From an uncultured Aliarcobacter sp. (lineage in GTDB: Bacteria > Campylobacterota > Campylobacteria > Campylobacterales > Arcobacteraceae), in assembly GCA_963664305.2 (NCBI GenBank), contig CAXXLV010000002.1, positions 1 through 64,000 of the forward strand: a DNA stretch of 64,000 nt, given 5' to 3'. The translations under genes and the position numbers were made by a program. Positions 39,535 through 50,608 of this stretch are shown here, piece by piece (position 1 is the stretch's first letter; each line of letters begins with the position of its first letter). Under the pieces are notes generated by a model. It saw only the letters and a list, made by a program, of their open reading frames with translations, was not told the origin of the DNA and did no database searches.

Positions 39535-41217
39535 TTACCAAGGATTGGAAATGGAATCTTCTTTTGAAGATTCCATTTTTTTTAGCATTGAATTCGTTTT
39601 TTGATTTTCAAGTTCTTTTAACCATTTCTCTTCTTCAAAATTAGAGATTTCTTCCTTTTTATTTATTTGTTCATCTTTAGAGTTTTTTTGATTCTCTTTT
39701 TCTCTTTCTTTGGATTTATTTTCATTTTTTTGAGATGAATTTTCTTTATTTTCTTCTTGTTTTTGATTATCTTCTTTCTTCTTTTGCTCATCTTGCTTGT
39801 TTTTATTATCTTGATTTTTGTTATCTTCTTTTTTATTTTCTAAAAGTTTTTTTACCAATTCTAAATTTTCTTTTGTTTTTATATCATTTTTTAATTCTAA
39901 AGCTTTTTCATAACTATTAACTGCATTTTGAAAATCACTATTTTTCGCATAGGCATTTCCTAGATTGTGAAGCCTTTTAAACTCTAAATCATTTGATGAA
40001 GTTTTTATACTGTTATATGTATCTATTGCTTCTTTAAATTTATTTTCTTTATATAAACTATTTGCCAAATCATAATCTCTAAATTCATTTGAATCAAGTT
40101 TTTCAAACTCTTTTGATGCTTTAGTATAATCTTTATTTTCATAAGCTTTATTAGCTTCATTTATTGTTTTAAAATCAAAAATAGAAGAGGCAATTAATTG
40201 TGAATTTGTAAAATTAAAACTAAAAAATAGAATAAAAATTAGCAGTTTTATTTTTTTTAAATTTGGCATTGATGAAAAAGCAATCAGAAGTAAAAAAAGA
40301 GCAATAGCTAGAGGATAATAAAAAAGTTCAGTGTACGTTTTATATTTTCTTTCATCAAACTTTTCTTTATTAGATTTAGAATTTATATCGTCTAAAATCT
40401 GATTTATATCAGAATTGTCCAAAGAGTATTCAATATATCCACCATTTGTTTTTAAACTTAAATCTTTTATTTTTGAGTTTAATTTCACATTTACAATATT
40501 TCCATCTTTTGTTGTTAAAAAGTTTCCATTTTCTTCTTTTACAGCAGAGCCTTGAGAAGTTGCAAGAGCTAATGTATAAATTTTGATATTGTTTTTATTT
40601 GCAAAATTTATCTCTTCATCAAAATCTTCTTTATCACCGCCATCTGTTAATAAAAGAAGATTTTTATTTGAATAATCTTTCAATAATTTATTTGTTGACT
40701 CAAGAGTTGAATAGATATTTGTTCCATTGTCAAAATTTATTCCTGTATCTAGATTATTTATCAAAATTTTTAAAGAATTAAAATCTTCAGTTACAGGAGA
40801 GAGTAAAAAAGAGGATTTTGCAAACAAAATAACGCCAATAGCTTCTGTTTTTGAATTATCCAAAATATTTAAAAGTTTTTGTTTTGCAAATTCTAATCGA
40901 TTTGGATATAAATCAATTGCTTTCATTGATTTTGATACATCAATAGCAATTATTATTGGAGTTAATGAAGTCTCAGAATTATTTATTTTTTCATTAGTTA
41001 CTGGACGAGCTAATGCAATAATCATAAAAATCAGTGATAAAAAAAGAATAATATTTCTTGTTTTATTTGAAAAATATTGATTTGAAATACTTAGTTTATT
41101 TAGAGCAGTTTTGGAAAAATAGTTTTCTAATTTATTTTGTTTTGAAAGTATAAAATACATTAAGATAAAGCTAGGTATCAACATCAAAAATAGTACTTTA
41201 TAGTAGACAAAATTCAA
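39535..41217 (-). CDS. vWA + TPR membrane protein (BatB/BatC-like)
   Basis: IIALARP, AIDVSKSM MIDAS, LLTDGGD, TPR HNLGNAYAK, K/E/Q-rich tail ending NPW. Confidence 0.85.
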   Translation of the reverse strand: MNFVYYKVLFLMLIPSFILMYFILSKQNKLENYFSKTALNKLSISNQYFSNKTRNIILFLSLIFMIIALARPVTNEKINNSETSLTPIIIAIDVSKSMKAIDLYPNRLEFAKQKLLNILDNSKTEAIGVILFAKSSFLLSPVTEDFNSLKILINNLDTGINFDNGTNIYSTLESTNKLLKDYSNKNLLLLTDGGDKEDFDEEINFANKNNIKIYTLALATSQGSAVKEENGNFLTTKDGNIVNVKLNSKIKDLSLKTNGGYIEYSLDNSDINQILDDINSKSNKEKFDERKYKTYTELFYYPLAIALFLLLIAFSSMPNLKKIKLLIFILFFSFNFTNSQLIASSIFDFKTINEANKAYENKDYTKASKEFEKLDSNEFRDYDLANSLYKENKFKEAIDTYNSIKTSSNDLEFKRLHNLGNAYAKNSDFQNAVNSYEKALELKNDIKTKENLELVKKLLENKKEDNKNQDNKNKQDEQKKKEDNQKQEENKENSSQKNENKSKEREKENQKNSKDEQINKKEEISNFEEEKWLKELENQKTNSMLKKMESSKEDSISNPW

Positions 41218-41308
41218 CTAAAACTCCTTTGAAAAAGGTATTTTAGTAAAGCCTTAGTAATTTTTAGATAAAATCTGCGTTAAAATTATAACAATCGGAG
41301 TAAATTTA

Positions 41309-42610
41309 ATGGAATTTAACGCAAATAGAGTTGATGAAGCAAATGCAGTTATTACTGCAACAGTTGCAAAAGAGATGATAGAAGCAAACTTAGATAAAGT
41401 TGCAAAACAAGCTTCTAAAACTATGAATATTCAGGGATTTAGAAAAGGTAAAGTTCCTGTTGCTGTTGTAAAACAAAGATTTGCAGAAAAATTAAAAGAA
41501 GATGCAGAAGCTGATGCAGTTAGAAAAGTTTTAAAAGATGGTTTAAAACTATTAGACATTAAAAATGAAGATTTAATTGGTGAACCAACTGTTAGCAAAT
41601 TTGATAAAAAAGAAGATGGTTCAATTGAAATCGAATTATCAGTAGCTTGTAAACCAAATATTGATTTAGGTGATTATAAATCATTAGTTCCTGAAGTTAA
41701 AGATATTGATGTTGATATTAAAGAAATTGATGCAAGATTAACAGAAATTGCTTCATCTTCTGCTCCATTAGAAAAAATTGCAAGAAAAAGAGCTGTAAAA
41801 GATGGTGATTTCGCATTAATCGATTTTGAAGGTTTTGTTGATGGTGTTGCATTTGAAGGTGGAAAAGCTGAAAAATATCCATTACAAATAGGTTCAGGTT
41901 CATTTATCCCAGGATTTGAAGAACAAATTATTGGTATGAAATATGATGAGCAAAAAGATATCACTGTAACTTTCCCAGAATCTTACCAAGCAAAAAATTT
42001 AGCTGGAAAAGAAGCTGTATTTAAAGTAACTTTACATGAAATTCAAGAAAAAGTTGCTCCTGAATTAAATGATGAATTTGCACAAAAAATGTTACCAGGT
42101 CAAGAAAATGTAACTATTGATACATTAAGAGATAGAGTAAAAGAGCAAATGAAAGCTGAAGAAAAATCTAAATACTATAGAGAAGAATTAAAACCTACAT
42201 ATTTAGAAACTTTAGTTGAGAGAATAGAATTTGCATTACCAAATTCTGTAGTTGATCAAGAAATCAATTTTGCTTTAAATAACAAAATTAGAGCAATGAG
42301 TGAAGAAGAGATTAACGCATTAAAAGAAGATGCTTCAAAAGTAGAAGAAATCAGAAATGAATTAAAACAAGATGCAGTAAATTCAGTTAAAGCTACATTT
42401 ATTATTGATGCTCTTGCAAAAGCTGAAAATGTTCAAGTAAATGATCAAGAAGTTATGCAAGTTCTTTATTATGAAGCAATGCAAATGGGACAAAATCCAC
42501 AAGAAGTGGTAAAACAATACCAAGAAGCTGGATATTTACCTGCAATTAAAATGTCTATGATTGAAGAGAAAGTTATATCTAAATTATTAGATGAAAAATT
42601 AGGAAAATAA
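41309..42610 (+). CDS. tig: Trigger factor
   Basis: GFRKGKVP signature; FKBP domain FIPGFEEQIIG. Confidence 0.97.
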   Translation: MEFNANRVDEANAVITATVAKEMIEANLDKVAKQASKTMNIQGFRKGKVPVAVVKQRFAEKLKEDAEADAVRKVLKDGLKLLDIKNEDLIGEPTVSKFDKKEDGSIEIELSVACKPNIDLGDYKSLVPEVKDIDVDIKEIDARLTEIASSSAPLEKIARKRAVKDGDFALIDFEGFVDGVAFEGGKAEKYPLQIGSGSFIPGFEEQIIGMKYDEQKDITVTFPESYQAKNLAGKEAVFKVTLHEIQEKVAPELNDEFAQKMLPGQENVTIDTLRDRVKEQMKAEEKSKYYREELKPTYLETLVERIEFALPNSVVDQEINFALNNKIRAMSEEEINALKEDASKVEEIRNELKQDAVNSVKATFIIDALAKAENVQVNDQEVMQVLYYEAMQMGQNPQEVVKQYQEAGYLPAIKMSMIEEKVISKLLDEKLGK

Positions 42611-42624
42611 TATAGGATTAAATT

Positions 42625-43209
42625 ATGAGTTATATACCATATGTAGTTGAAAAAACAGGAAGAGGTGAAAGAAGTTACGATATTTATTCAAGACTTCTTA
42701 AAGATAGAATTATTATGTTAAGTGGAGAAATAAATGATGCAGTAGCATCAACAGTTGTTGCTCAATTACTTTTCTTAGAAGCTGAAGATCCAGATAAAGA
42801 TATCTATTTATATATCAACTCTCCAGGTGGAGTAATTACAAGTGGTATGTCAATTTATGATACTATGAATTATATTAAACCTGATGTTTGTACTATTTGT
42901 ATAGGACAAGCTGCTTCTATGGGAGCATTTTTATTAAGTTCTGGAACAAAAGGTAAAAGATACTCTTTACCAAATTCTAGAATTATGATTCACCAACCAT
43001 TAGGTGGAGCACAAGGTCAAGCAACAGATATTCAAATTCAAGCAAAAGAGATTCAAAGAATGAAAGATTCTTTAAACTCTATCATTGCTGAACAAACTGG
43101 ACAGCCATTAGAAATTATCGAAAAAGATACAGATAGAGATAATTTTATGAGTGCAGAACAAGCATGCACTTATGGTTTAATTGACGAAGTTATAGCAAAA
43201 CATAAATAA
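42625..43209 (+). CDS. clpP: ATP-dependent Clp protease proteolytic subunit
   Basis: [19 protein letters not shown] and RIMIHQP motifs. Confidence 0.98.
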   Translation: MSYIPYVVEKTGRGERSYDIYSRLLKDRIIMLSGEINDAVASTVVAQLLFLEAEDPDKDIYLYINSPGGVITSGMSIYDTMNYIKPDVCTICIGQAASMGAFLLSSGTKGKRYSLPNSRIMIHQPLGGAQGQATDIQIQAKEIQRMKDSLNSIIAEQTGQPLEIIEKDTDRDNFMSAEQACTYGLIDEVIAKHK

Positions 43210-43217
43210 GAAAGTTA

Positions 43218-43736
43218 TTGATGATTAGAGAAGTTATAACTTATCCAAATAAATTACTTCGATTAAAATCTAAAGATGTAGAGAAGTTCGATAATGAACT
43301 TCATACTCTTTTAGATGATATGTATGAAACAATGATTGCTCAAAATGGAGTAGGGTTAGCAGCAATTCAAGTTGCAATTCCATTAAATGTTTTAATCATT
43401 AATCTTCCAAACGAAGAAGATATTCAAGATAAAGAACAGTTAATAGAAGCAATCAATCCTGTTATTACACATAAAGATGGAACTCAAGTTTTCACAGAAG
43501 GGTGTTTGAGTGTTCCCGGATTTAGTGAAGATGTAACAAGAGCACAACATATTATTGTTGAATATTGTAATAGATTTGGTGAAAAAGAAAAAATGGAATG
43601 TGAAGGTTTTTTAGCAGTTGCATGGCAACATGAAATGGAACATTTAGCAGGACATTTATTTATTGAAAATTTATCTATTCTTAAAAGAAAAAAATTCGAA
43701 AAAGAGTGGAAAAAGAAGATAAAAGATAAAAGATAA
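43218..43736 (+). CDS. def: Peptide deformylase
   Basis: GVGLAAIQ, EGCLS and QHEMEHL motifs. Confidence 0.97.
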   Translation: MMIREVITYPNKLLRLKSKDVEKFDNELHTLLDDMYETMIAQNGVGLAAIQVAIPLNVLIINLPNEEDIQDKEQLIEAINPVITHKDGTQVFTEGCLSVPGFSEDVTRAQHIIVEYCNRFGEKEKMECEGFLAVAWQHEMEHLAGHLFIENLSILKRKKFEKEWKKKIKDKR

Positions 43737-43744
43737 AATATCTT

Positions 43745-44125
43745 TTATCCCTCTATACCCTTACTTAAAATATTTATTATTAGAGCAAATATAAGGCTAT
43801 TTGCTAAAATCCAAATTAACCAAAAAAATATCTTCTCAAATTTTGTGAAGAATATTTCTTTAAATGAAATAGGGCAAGATTTTATTGCTAAATAAAAAAA
43901 TACTGCTATACCAATAATCATTGTATATTTATTTAATTGTGCAAATATAATAGTAATAAAAGAGATAAAAGGTATAAATACTGTTAATGCAAAGAATTTT
44001 GCATATTTTTTTCTTTTTATATCTCCATTAAAATATCCTACTGTATAACCACAATTTGGGCAAATAGTTCCCATTCTTGTTAGAATTTCATGATTACATT
44101 CCGGACAATTCATTGTTGATGACAT
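43745..44125 (-). CDS. Zinc-ribbon membrane protein of unknown function
   Basis: CPEC...CPNC N-terminus followed by about 3 TMs; AGGA RBS. Confidence 0.7.
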   Translation of the reverse strand: MSSTMNCPECNHEILTRMGTICPNCGYTVGYFNGDIKRKKYAKFFALTVFIPFISFITIIFAQLNKYTMIIGIAVFFYLAIKSCPISFKEIFFTKFEKIFFWLIWILANSLIFALIINILSKGIEG

Positions 44126-44184
44126 ATAATAATTCCTAGATTTTTTCCGTATTATATCAAGAGAAGATAAAATCTATATTTACC

Positions 44185-44577
44185 TTATTGTTTATTCCAA
44201 GTTTCATAAAGTTTAGTAGCTTCTTCAATTTCTTTTGTTGAAGCTTTTCTTCTACAAGAGATATAACCTAACTCTCCTTTATAATTTTCAAATGGATAAA
44301 CAGTTGCAAATACCCAATAAAATCCACCATTTTTTGTTGCATTTTTTACATAACCTGTCCAGACATCTCCTTTTTTTACTGTTTCCCAAAGAGATTTAAA
44401 TGCAAGTTTTGGCATATCTTTATGTCTAACAAGATTATGAGGTTTTCCCATCATTTCTTCAAGTGAATAACCTGCTATTTTACAAAAATCATCATTTGCA
44501 AAAAGAATATTACCCTTAGAATCAGTTTCACTAACTAAAAATGCATAATCATCTAATAGATACTCTTTTTCTTTCAT
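44185..44577 (-). CDS. Stand-alone PAS protein (Aer/CetB-like)
   Basis: LVSETD.KG.I..AN..F..IAGY, GKPHNLVRHKDMP and W.GYVKN..K.G.FYWV motifs. Confidence 0.9.
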   Translation of the reverse strand: MKEKEYLLDDYAFLVSETDSKGNILFANDDFCKIAGYSLEEMMGKPHNLVRHKDMPKLAFKSLWETVKKGDVWTGYVKNATKNGGFYWVFATVYPFENYKGELGYISCRRKASTKEIEEATKLYETWNKQ

Positions 44578-44589
44578 AATAAATCCTTT

Positions 44590-46368
44590 TTAATTAAATT
44601 TCTTTGTTTTTGCATCAAGAACTAAATTTTGAGCCATTGTTGAAACATCAGATGCAATAGATGTTATTTGTGTAGCTTCATTTGCATTTTCTTGAGTTAC
44701 TTTATCAAGCATTGAAATAGTGTCATTAATTTGTTCTATTCCACTCATTTGTTCTTTCGCAGCAGTACTTACATCATGAATAATTGAGATAGTTTCACTT
44801 ATATGATTATTTAGTATTTCATAACCATTTATCATTTTTGATGATATCTCTTTTCCTTCATTTGCTTTAGAATGAGCCTCTTCAACCAAATGTTTAATTT
44901 CTCGTGCTGCTTCTGCACTTCTTGAAGCTAAATTTCTTACTTCTTGGGCAACAACTGCAAATCCTTTCCCAACTTCTCCTGCAGTTGCTGCTTCAACGGC
45001 TGCATTTAACGAAAGAATATTTGTTTGAAATGCTATTTGGTCAATTACTATTATTGCTTCATTAATTGCATTAACTTTATCATTTATCTCTTCCATTGAT
45101 ATTGCTGTTTTTGAAGCTAGTTCTTGACCTAAATGAACAGCTGATTTTACAGTTTCACCTAAAGTTGTCATTTTTTGTGCATTTTGTGTATTACTTCTTG
45201 TAATTGAAGTAATTTCTTCAACTGAAGCAGCCGTTTCTTCTAAAGTAGTTGCTTGTTCATTTGCTTTTGCTGCTAGATTAAGCATTGATGATTTCATAAT
45301 TGAAGAATTATTTTCAAGTATTTGACCATTTTCAAGATTTTGTTTTGAAACTTCTGCCAAAGTTTTTCCTAAAATATTTACTCCTTCCATTACAGCAAGT
45401 AATCTTGCCTTCATTTTTGAAGGAATTTCTATTTTATCTGTGAAGTCATTATTTGTGTAAGAGGTAACAACTTTTTGTAACTCTTTCATACTATCTTCTA
45501 AAGATGTTAAAGCTTGATTGATAGTATTTCTAAGTGTTCTAATCATTGGATTATTAGTATCAGATTTTATTCTACATCTAAAAATACCTTGTTGTACTTT
45601 ATCCATAGTTAAAACTATTTCTCCAATAACTTTCATGTCATCTTTTAATTTTTTATCAAATTCATCAACAACACTATTTATTTGATTTATCATAGATGAA
45701 AATTCATTGTTATTATTTGTATTAACTTTTGTAATTCTATTTTGTTTAAAAGTAATAAAATTTAAAAATTCAGCAAAATAATTATTGAAATCTTTAATAT
45801 TTTTATCAATTGATTTTAAAAGTTTAAATGACAAAATACCAATTATAAAAATAAAAGCCATACCTAATATGACTATATTTTGTATGAAATGTTGAAAAAT
45901 ATCTTCTAAAAAATCACTTTCATCTATTGAAGAGATTATTATAATATCTGAATTAGCTAGGAATTTATATGATATTATTTTATTTTTTCCTTCATATGCG
46001 TAAGAAAGATTTCCCTCTTTTTTATTTGAATAAATCTCTTTGAAAAATGATTCATTTGAAATATTTTTATTTTCAAGATTTGGATGAATTAAAATATTTC
46101 CTTTTAAATCAATGAAATAAATATATCCTTTTTCACCAATTTTTACATTTTTTATAAAATTTTTAAACTCTACTTTTTCAAAAAAATTATCATCATTTTT
46201 TGAAAATAAAAGGGAACTTTCATATATTGTATTTGTTACAGATTCGAGATTTATGAGTACAGTTTTTTTTACATCATCTTTTGCAGTGATAAAAGAAATA
46301 ATAATTAGTATTATAAAGCTTGATAGTGTAATTAAATTATTTGTAATAATATTTTGTCTTAAATTCAT
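44590..46368 (-). CDS. Methyl-accepting chemotaxis protein with a Cache domain
   Basis: [36 protein letters not shown]. Confidence 0.92.
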   Translation of the reverse strand: MNLRQNIITNNLITLSSFIILIIISFITAKDDVKKTVLINLESVTNTIYESSLLFSKNDDNFFEKVEFKNFIKNVKIGEKGYIYFIDLKGNILIHPNLENKNISNESFFKEIYSNKKEGNLSYAYEGKNKIISYKFLANSDIIIISSIDESDFLEDIFQHFIQNIVILGMAFIFIIGILSFKLLKSIDKNIKDFNNYFAEFLNFITFKQNRITKVNTNNNNEFSSMINQINSVVDEFDKKLKDDMKVIGEIVLTMDKVQQGIFRCRIKSDTNNPMIRTLRNTINQALTSLEDSMKELQKVVTSYTNNDFTDKIEIPSKMKARLLAVMEGVNILGKTLAEVSKQNLENGQILENNSSIMKSSMLNLAAKANEQATTLEETAASVEEITSITRSNTQNAQKMTTLGETVKSAVHLGQELASKTAISMEEINDKVNAINEAIIVIDQIAFQTNILSLNAAVEAATAGEVGKGFAVVAQEVRNLASRSAEAAREIKHLVEEAHSKANEGKEISSKMINGYEILNNHISETISIIHDVSTAAKEQMSGIEQINDTISMLDKVTQENANEATQITSIASDVSTMAQNLVLDAKTKKFN

Positions 46369-46505
46369 AAAAAATCCCTTTTTTTAATGTGTTAAATTTT
46401 TCGAATTATAGAAAAAAAAATGTATTTCAAAAATAATTAACATAATAAAAATTAATCAATTTTTTAATATAATCAAAAAAATTATTAATTAAAAAGAATA
46501 TTGAT

Positions 46506-48017
46506 ATGAAAATTATAAAATCTGCTTCATTTGATACAATTGATGCTATATCAATCGATGTTGAATCAACTTTTACCAAGGGATTACCTACATTTACTAT
46601 TGTTGGAATGATTAGTAATAGTATTAATGAATCTAAAGACAGAGTCAAATCTGCATTATTAATCAATGGTTTTAAATTTCCTCCACTAAAAATTACTGTA
46701 AATTTATCCCCTTCAGAAATTTCAAAAAAAGGCACACATTTTGATTTATCCATTGCTTTACAAATTGCATTTTTTGATGATAAAAATATTAATTTTGATG
46801 ATTTTTATTTCTTTGGAGAATTGGCACTTGATGGTACAATCAAAGATACTACACTTATTTTTCCAATAGTTTTATCTTTAGTAAAAAAAGGAGAAATTAA
46901 AAAAGTAGTTGTTTGTGAAGAGAGCGCAAAAAAATTAGTAAATATACCAAATTTAGATGTTTACAAAATAAAAAATTTAAATGAAGCTATAGATTTTATT
47001 AAAAGTGATAGAAAAGAGATTTTTTTGTATGAAAGAAAAGAGATAAAATATAAAACTTTAGAAATTTTTAATGAAAAATATTTTTATGACACAAATTATA
47101 TTGATGATTTTTGTGATGTTTTAGGACAAGATATGGCTAAATATGCTGCGATGATTTGTGCAGCAGGAAATCATAATTTGATTATGGAGGGAAGTCCTGG
47201 TTGTGGAAAATCTATGATTTCAAAAAGAGTTCAATATATAATGCCTCCAATGAGTTTAGAAGAAATTTTAGAAAAAGCTAAACTTCAAGCTTTGGACTTT
47301 AAAGATGTAAATTTTTCACCTATAAGGGCTTTTAGGTCTCCTCATCATAGCGCAACAAAATCTTCTATATTTGGAGGAGGTAGCTCAAATGCAAAGATGG
47401 GAGAAATTGCTTTAAGTAATAATGGTATTCTATTTTTTGATGAATTACCTCATTTCTCAAAATCTGTTTTAGAAGCATTAAGAGAACCACTTGAAGATAA
47501 TAAAATTTTAATTTCAAGAGTAAATAATAAGATTTTATATGAAACAAAATTTACTTTTATTTCTGCGATGAATCCATGTCCTTGTGGTAATTTACTTTCA
47601 AGTGTAAAAGAGTGTAGATGTAATGAACTTGAAATTCAAAGATATAAAGGCCGTTTGAGTGAACCATTTTTAGACAGGATAGATTTATATCTTGTGATGA
47701 ATGATAGTTTTAATGATTCAAAAAATATAGTAACATCAAAAGAGTTACATGAAAATGTTATCAAAGCTTTTATAAAACAAAAACAAAGAGGTCAGAAAGA
47801 ATTAAATGGAAAATTAAGTGATGAAGAAATAAAAAAATATTGTATTTTAGATGATGAGAGTCAATTGATTTTAGAAAAAGCAAGAATAAATTATCAACTA
47901 TCATTTAGAAGTTTAAATAAAGTTTTAAAAGTTGCTAGAACTATTGCAGATTTAAACGATAAGGATATTATTACAAAAAATGAATTATTACAAAGTTTGA
48001 ATTTTCGAAGAAGATAA
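46506..48017 (+). CDS. comM: YifB/ComM Mg-chelatase-like AAA+ ATPase
   Basis: ITVNLSPS, GSPGCGKS, FRSPHH, FFDELP, AMNPCPCG and KVARTIADL motifs. Confidence 0.92.
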   Translation: MKIIKSASFDTIDAISIDVESTFTKGLPTFTIVGMISNSINESKDRVKSALLINGFKFPPLKITVNLSPSEISKKGTHFDLSIALQIAFFDDKNINFDDFYFFGELALDGTIKDTTLIFPIVLSLVKKGEIKKVVVCEESAKKLVNIPNLDVYKIKNLNEAIDFIKSDRKEIFLYERKEIKYKTLEIFNEKYFYDTNYIDDFCDVLGQDMAKYAAMICAAGNHNLIMEGSPGCGKSMISKRVQYIMPPMSLEEILEKAKLQALDFKDVNFSPIRAFRSPHHSATKSSIFGGGSSNAKMGEIALSNNGILFFDELPHFSKSVLEALREPLEDNKILISRVNNKILYETKFTFISAMNPCPCGNLLSSVKECRCNELEIQRYKGRLSEPFLDRIDLYLVMNDSFNDSKNIVTSKELHENVIKAFIKQKQRGQKELNGKLSDEEIKKYCILDDESQLILEKARINYQLSFRSLNKVLKVARTIADLNDKDIITKNELLQSLNFRRR

Positions 48018-48089
48018 AAATACTATTTAAAGCCCTTTGGAGTAAAAATATGTTAAAATCATGGTAATTTATAAATCTAAAGGTAAATA

Positions 48090-48974
48090 ATGACAAAATG
48101 TGGATATGTTTCAGTTGTAGGTCGTCCTAATGCTGGAAAAAGTTCTCTTTTAAATTGGCTTGTTGGTGAAAAAATTGCAATGGTATCACACAAAGCAAAT
48201 GCTACAAGAAAAAGATCAAATATAATAGTAATGCACAATAGTGATCAAATTATATTTGTAGATACTCCAGGAATCCATGAAACGGAAAAACTTTTAAATC
48301 AATTTATGCTTGAAGAAGCTTTAAAAGCTATGGGTGATTGTGATTTAATTTTATATTTAGCTCCTGTTACTGACAAAATTTCTTATTATGAAGATTTTTT
48401 AGAAAAGAATAAAAAAGGAATAAAACATATTTTATTGTTAACAAAAATTGATTTTGTAAATAATGAGCAAATTATCGAAAAAATGAAAGAGTATGAGCAA
48501 TATAGCGACAAATATGAGTGTATTATTCCTGTATCTATAAAAAAACAAACAAAACAATCTGATATATTAAATAATGTAGTTAAATATTTACCTGTTCATC
48601 CATATTTATTTGACCCTGAAATTATTACAACTGAACATTTAAGAGATATTTTTAAAGAATTCATTAGAGAATCTATTTTTGAAAACATTAGTGATGAAAT
48701 ACCTTATGAAACTGATGTTATGATAAATAAAGTTGAAGAAAAAAGTAATGTTGATGTAATTAAAGCAACAATTATTGTACAAAAAGATACTCAAAAAGGT
48801 ATGATTATTGGAAAAGGCGCTACTGCTATAAAAAGAATTGGAAGAGATGCTAGGGTTAAAATAGAAAAATTAACTGGTAAAAAATGTTATCTTGAACTTT
48901 TTGTATCAATTAAAAAAGGTTGGACAAAAAATAAAGATGGATTAAAAGAGTTAGGATACGATATAAATTCTTAA
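48090..48974 (+). CDS. era: GTPase Era
   Basis: GRPNAGKS, DTPG, TKID and KH-domain IIGKG motifs. Confidence 0.96.
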   Translation: MTKCGYVSVVGRPNAGKSSLLNWLVGEKIAMVSHKANATRKRSNIIVMHNSDQIIFVDTPGIHETEKLLNQFMLEEALKAMGDCDLILYLAPVTDKISYYEDFLEKNKKGIKHILLLTKIDFVNNEQIIEKMKEYEQYSDKYECIIPVSIKKQTKQSDILNNVVKYLPVHPYLFDPEIITTEHLRDIFKEFIRESIFENISDEIPYETDVMINKVEEKSNVDVIKATIIVQKDTQKGMIIGKGATAIKRIGRDARVKIEKLTGKKCYLELFVSIKKGWTKNKDGLKELGYDINS

Positions 48975-49065
48975 AAAGATTATTAAATAATAATATATTT
49001 TATTATCATTAAGCTTGATTTTTATATACTTTATAACTTAAAAAGTTATAAAAAGAGAGCTTTAG

Positions 49066-49947
49066 ATGATAGTTTATTCTCCTTTAAATCAACAAAATTT
49101 TCTAGAAATAGAAGTAACTGAACAAATCAAAGAAAAAAATCTAAAAAAATTTATAAATACATCACTAAAATTCAATAATATAAATATTGAAAAAAGAGAT
49201 AAAGTTTTTGTATCTTATGTAAAAGAGTTGAATTTATATCAATTTTTTATTTTAGAAAACTCTTATAAATATTTTGAATTTCAAATTTTTGAGCTTTTTT
49301 ATAAAGATGAGATTAAAACAAAATTTGATTTATATGTATGTGAAGATTTTTTTTGTTTATATAAAAATCGCTCTTTTTACTATTTCCAAAGATTTAATTT
49401 AAATTTACCGATAGAAGAATTTATAGAGTTTTTGAATAAAAAATTTTCTATACAAATAGAAAATTATAAAATACTTGATAAAAATAAATTAGAAGAATTA
49501 AAAGTTGAATACTCTAAAAATAATATAAAATCAGATATAAAAGTTATAAATCTAAAGTATAGTTTTGGATTCTATTTTTATATCTTTTATCTGATTCTTT
49601 TTGTAATATTTTTTTATTTTATATATTTAGAAAAATCAACTATAAACAACTCTCAATTAATATCTAATAATTTAATTTCATCAAAACAATTTGAAAATGA
49701 GTATAAATTTGTTAGTTTTTATGAAAAATCTGATTTATTATTAAAAGAAATAAAATCAAATAATTTAGATTTAATTTCTTTTGAATTTAGAGAAAATAGT
49801 TCTAAAATAGTTTTAAATTCAAACTCAAAAGAAAAAATTTACTCTTTTTTAGAAAAGAATAAAAAATATTTACTTTCATCATCACTTAATTTTATTGAAA
49901 ATAAAAATCTTTATGAAGCAGTTATTCATGTTAAATTATCTGAATAA
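49066..49947 (+). CDS. Hypothetical single-TM protein, possibly a GspL/PilMN-like alignment component
   Basis: Cytoplasmic domain, TM, then periplasmic domain; sits upstream of gspE/gspF; function inferred from context only. Confidence 0.5.
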   Translation: MIVYSPLNQQNFLEIEVTEQIKEKNLKKFINTSLKFNNINIEKRDKVFVSYVKELNLYQFFILENSYKYFEFQIFELFYKDEIKTKFDLYVCEDFFCLYKNRSFYYFQRFNLNLPIEEFIEFLNKKFSIQIENYKILDKNKLEELKVEYSKNNIKSDIKVINLKYSFGFYFYIFYLILFVIFFYFIYLEKSTINNSQLISNNLISSKQFENEYKFVSFYEKSDLLLKEIKSNNLDLISFEFRENSSKIVLNSNSKEKIYSFLEKNKKYLLSSSLNFIENKNLYEAVIHVKLSE

Positions 49948-50608
49948 TAAATTTTTAAATAGTTCAAGAAAAACAAAAATTGAATTATATGTTTTGCCTT
50001 TATTTGTTTTTGTATTTTTATATTTTTCTTTTATTGAAAATAGCACAAAAGAAAAATTAGAAATTTCTTCTAAAACAAATTTCTCAAATTACGAAAATAA
50101 AAAATTTAATGGTTCATTTTCAGAGTTGTTTTCTATATTTGAAGAACTTGCAAATAAAAACAATATCTCAATTTTTACAAATGAAAGGATTGAAAAACAA
50201 ATTTTATTAAAAGGAAAAGGGATAAAAGAATCTATTTTAGAATTTATAAATGAGATTGAAAATATAAATAATTTTACAAAAATAGATTCTTTGATTTTAT
50301 CTAAAGATGAAAATAATGAGTATAAATTTAATCTAAAAATCGATTTAAATAAGTTTTATATAAAGAGTTTGAAAAGCGTTGAAAATAAAAAATATAAGGT
50401 AGAAAAAATTGATAAAAAAATAGATTTTAAAATAAATGCAATTATTGCTGAATATGCTTTGATAAATGAAAAGTGGATTAAAGAAAATGAAAAGATAGAA
50501 AATTACGTAGTAGTAAAAATAGAAAAAAATTTTGTGTTACTTAAAAATGAATTTGAAGAGATTAAATTGGAGTTACATGATGAAAAGTATATTGAAAAAT
50601 TTAATTGA
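49928..50608 (+). CDS. Hypothetical N-terminal-TM protein, possibly PilO/GspM-like
   Basis: N-terminal TM, ILEFINEIEN segment, overlaps both neighbours; likely start ATG 49928. Confidence 0.5.
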   Translation: MLNYLNNKFLNSSRKTKIELYVLPLFVFVFLYFSFIENSTKEKLEISSKTNFSNYENKKFNGSFSELFSIFEELANKNNISIFTNERIEKQILLKGKGIKESILEFINEIENINNFTKIDSLILSKDENNEYKFNLKIDLNKFYIKSLKSVENKKYKVEKIDKKIDFKINAIIAEYALINEKWIKENEKIENYVVVKIEKNFVLLKNEFEEIKLELHDEKYIEKFN

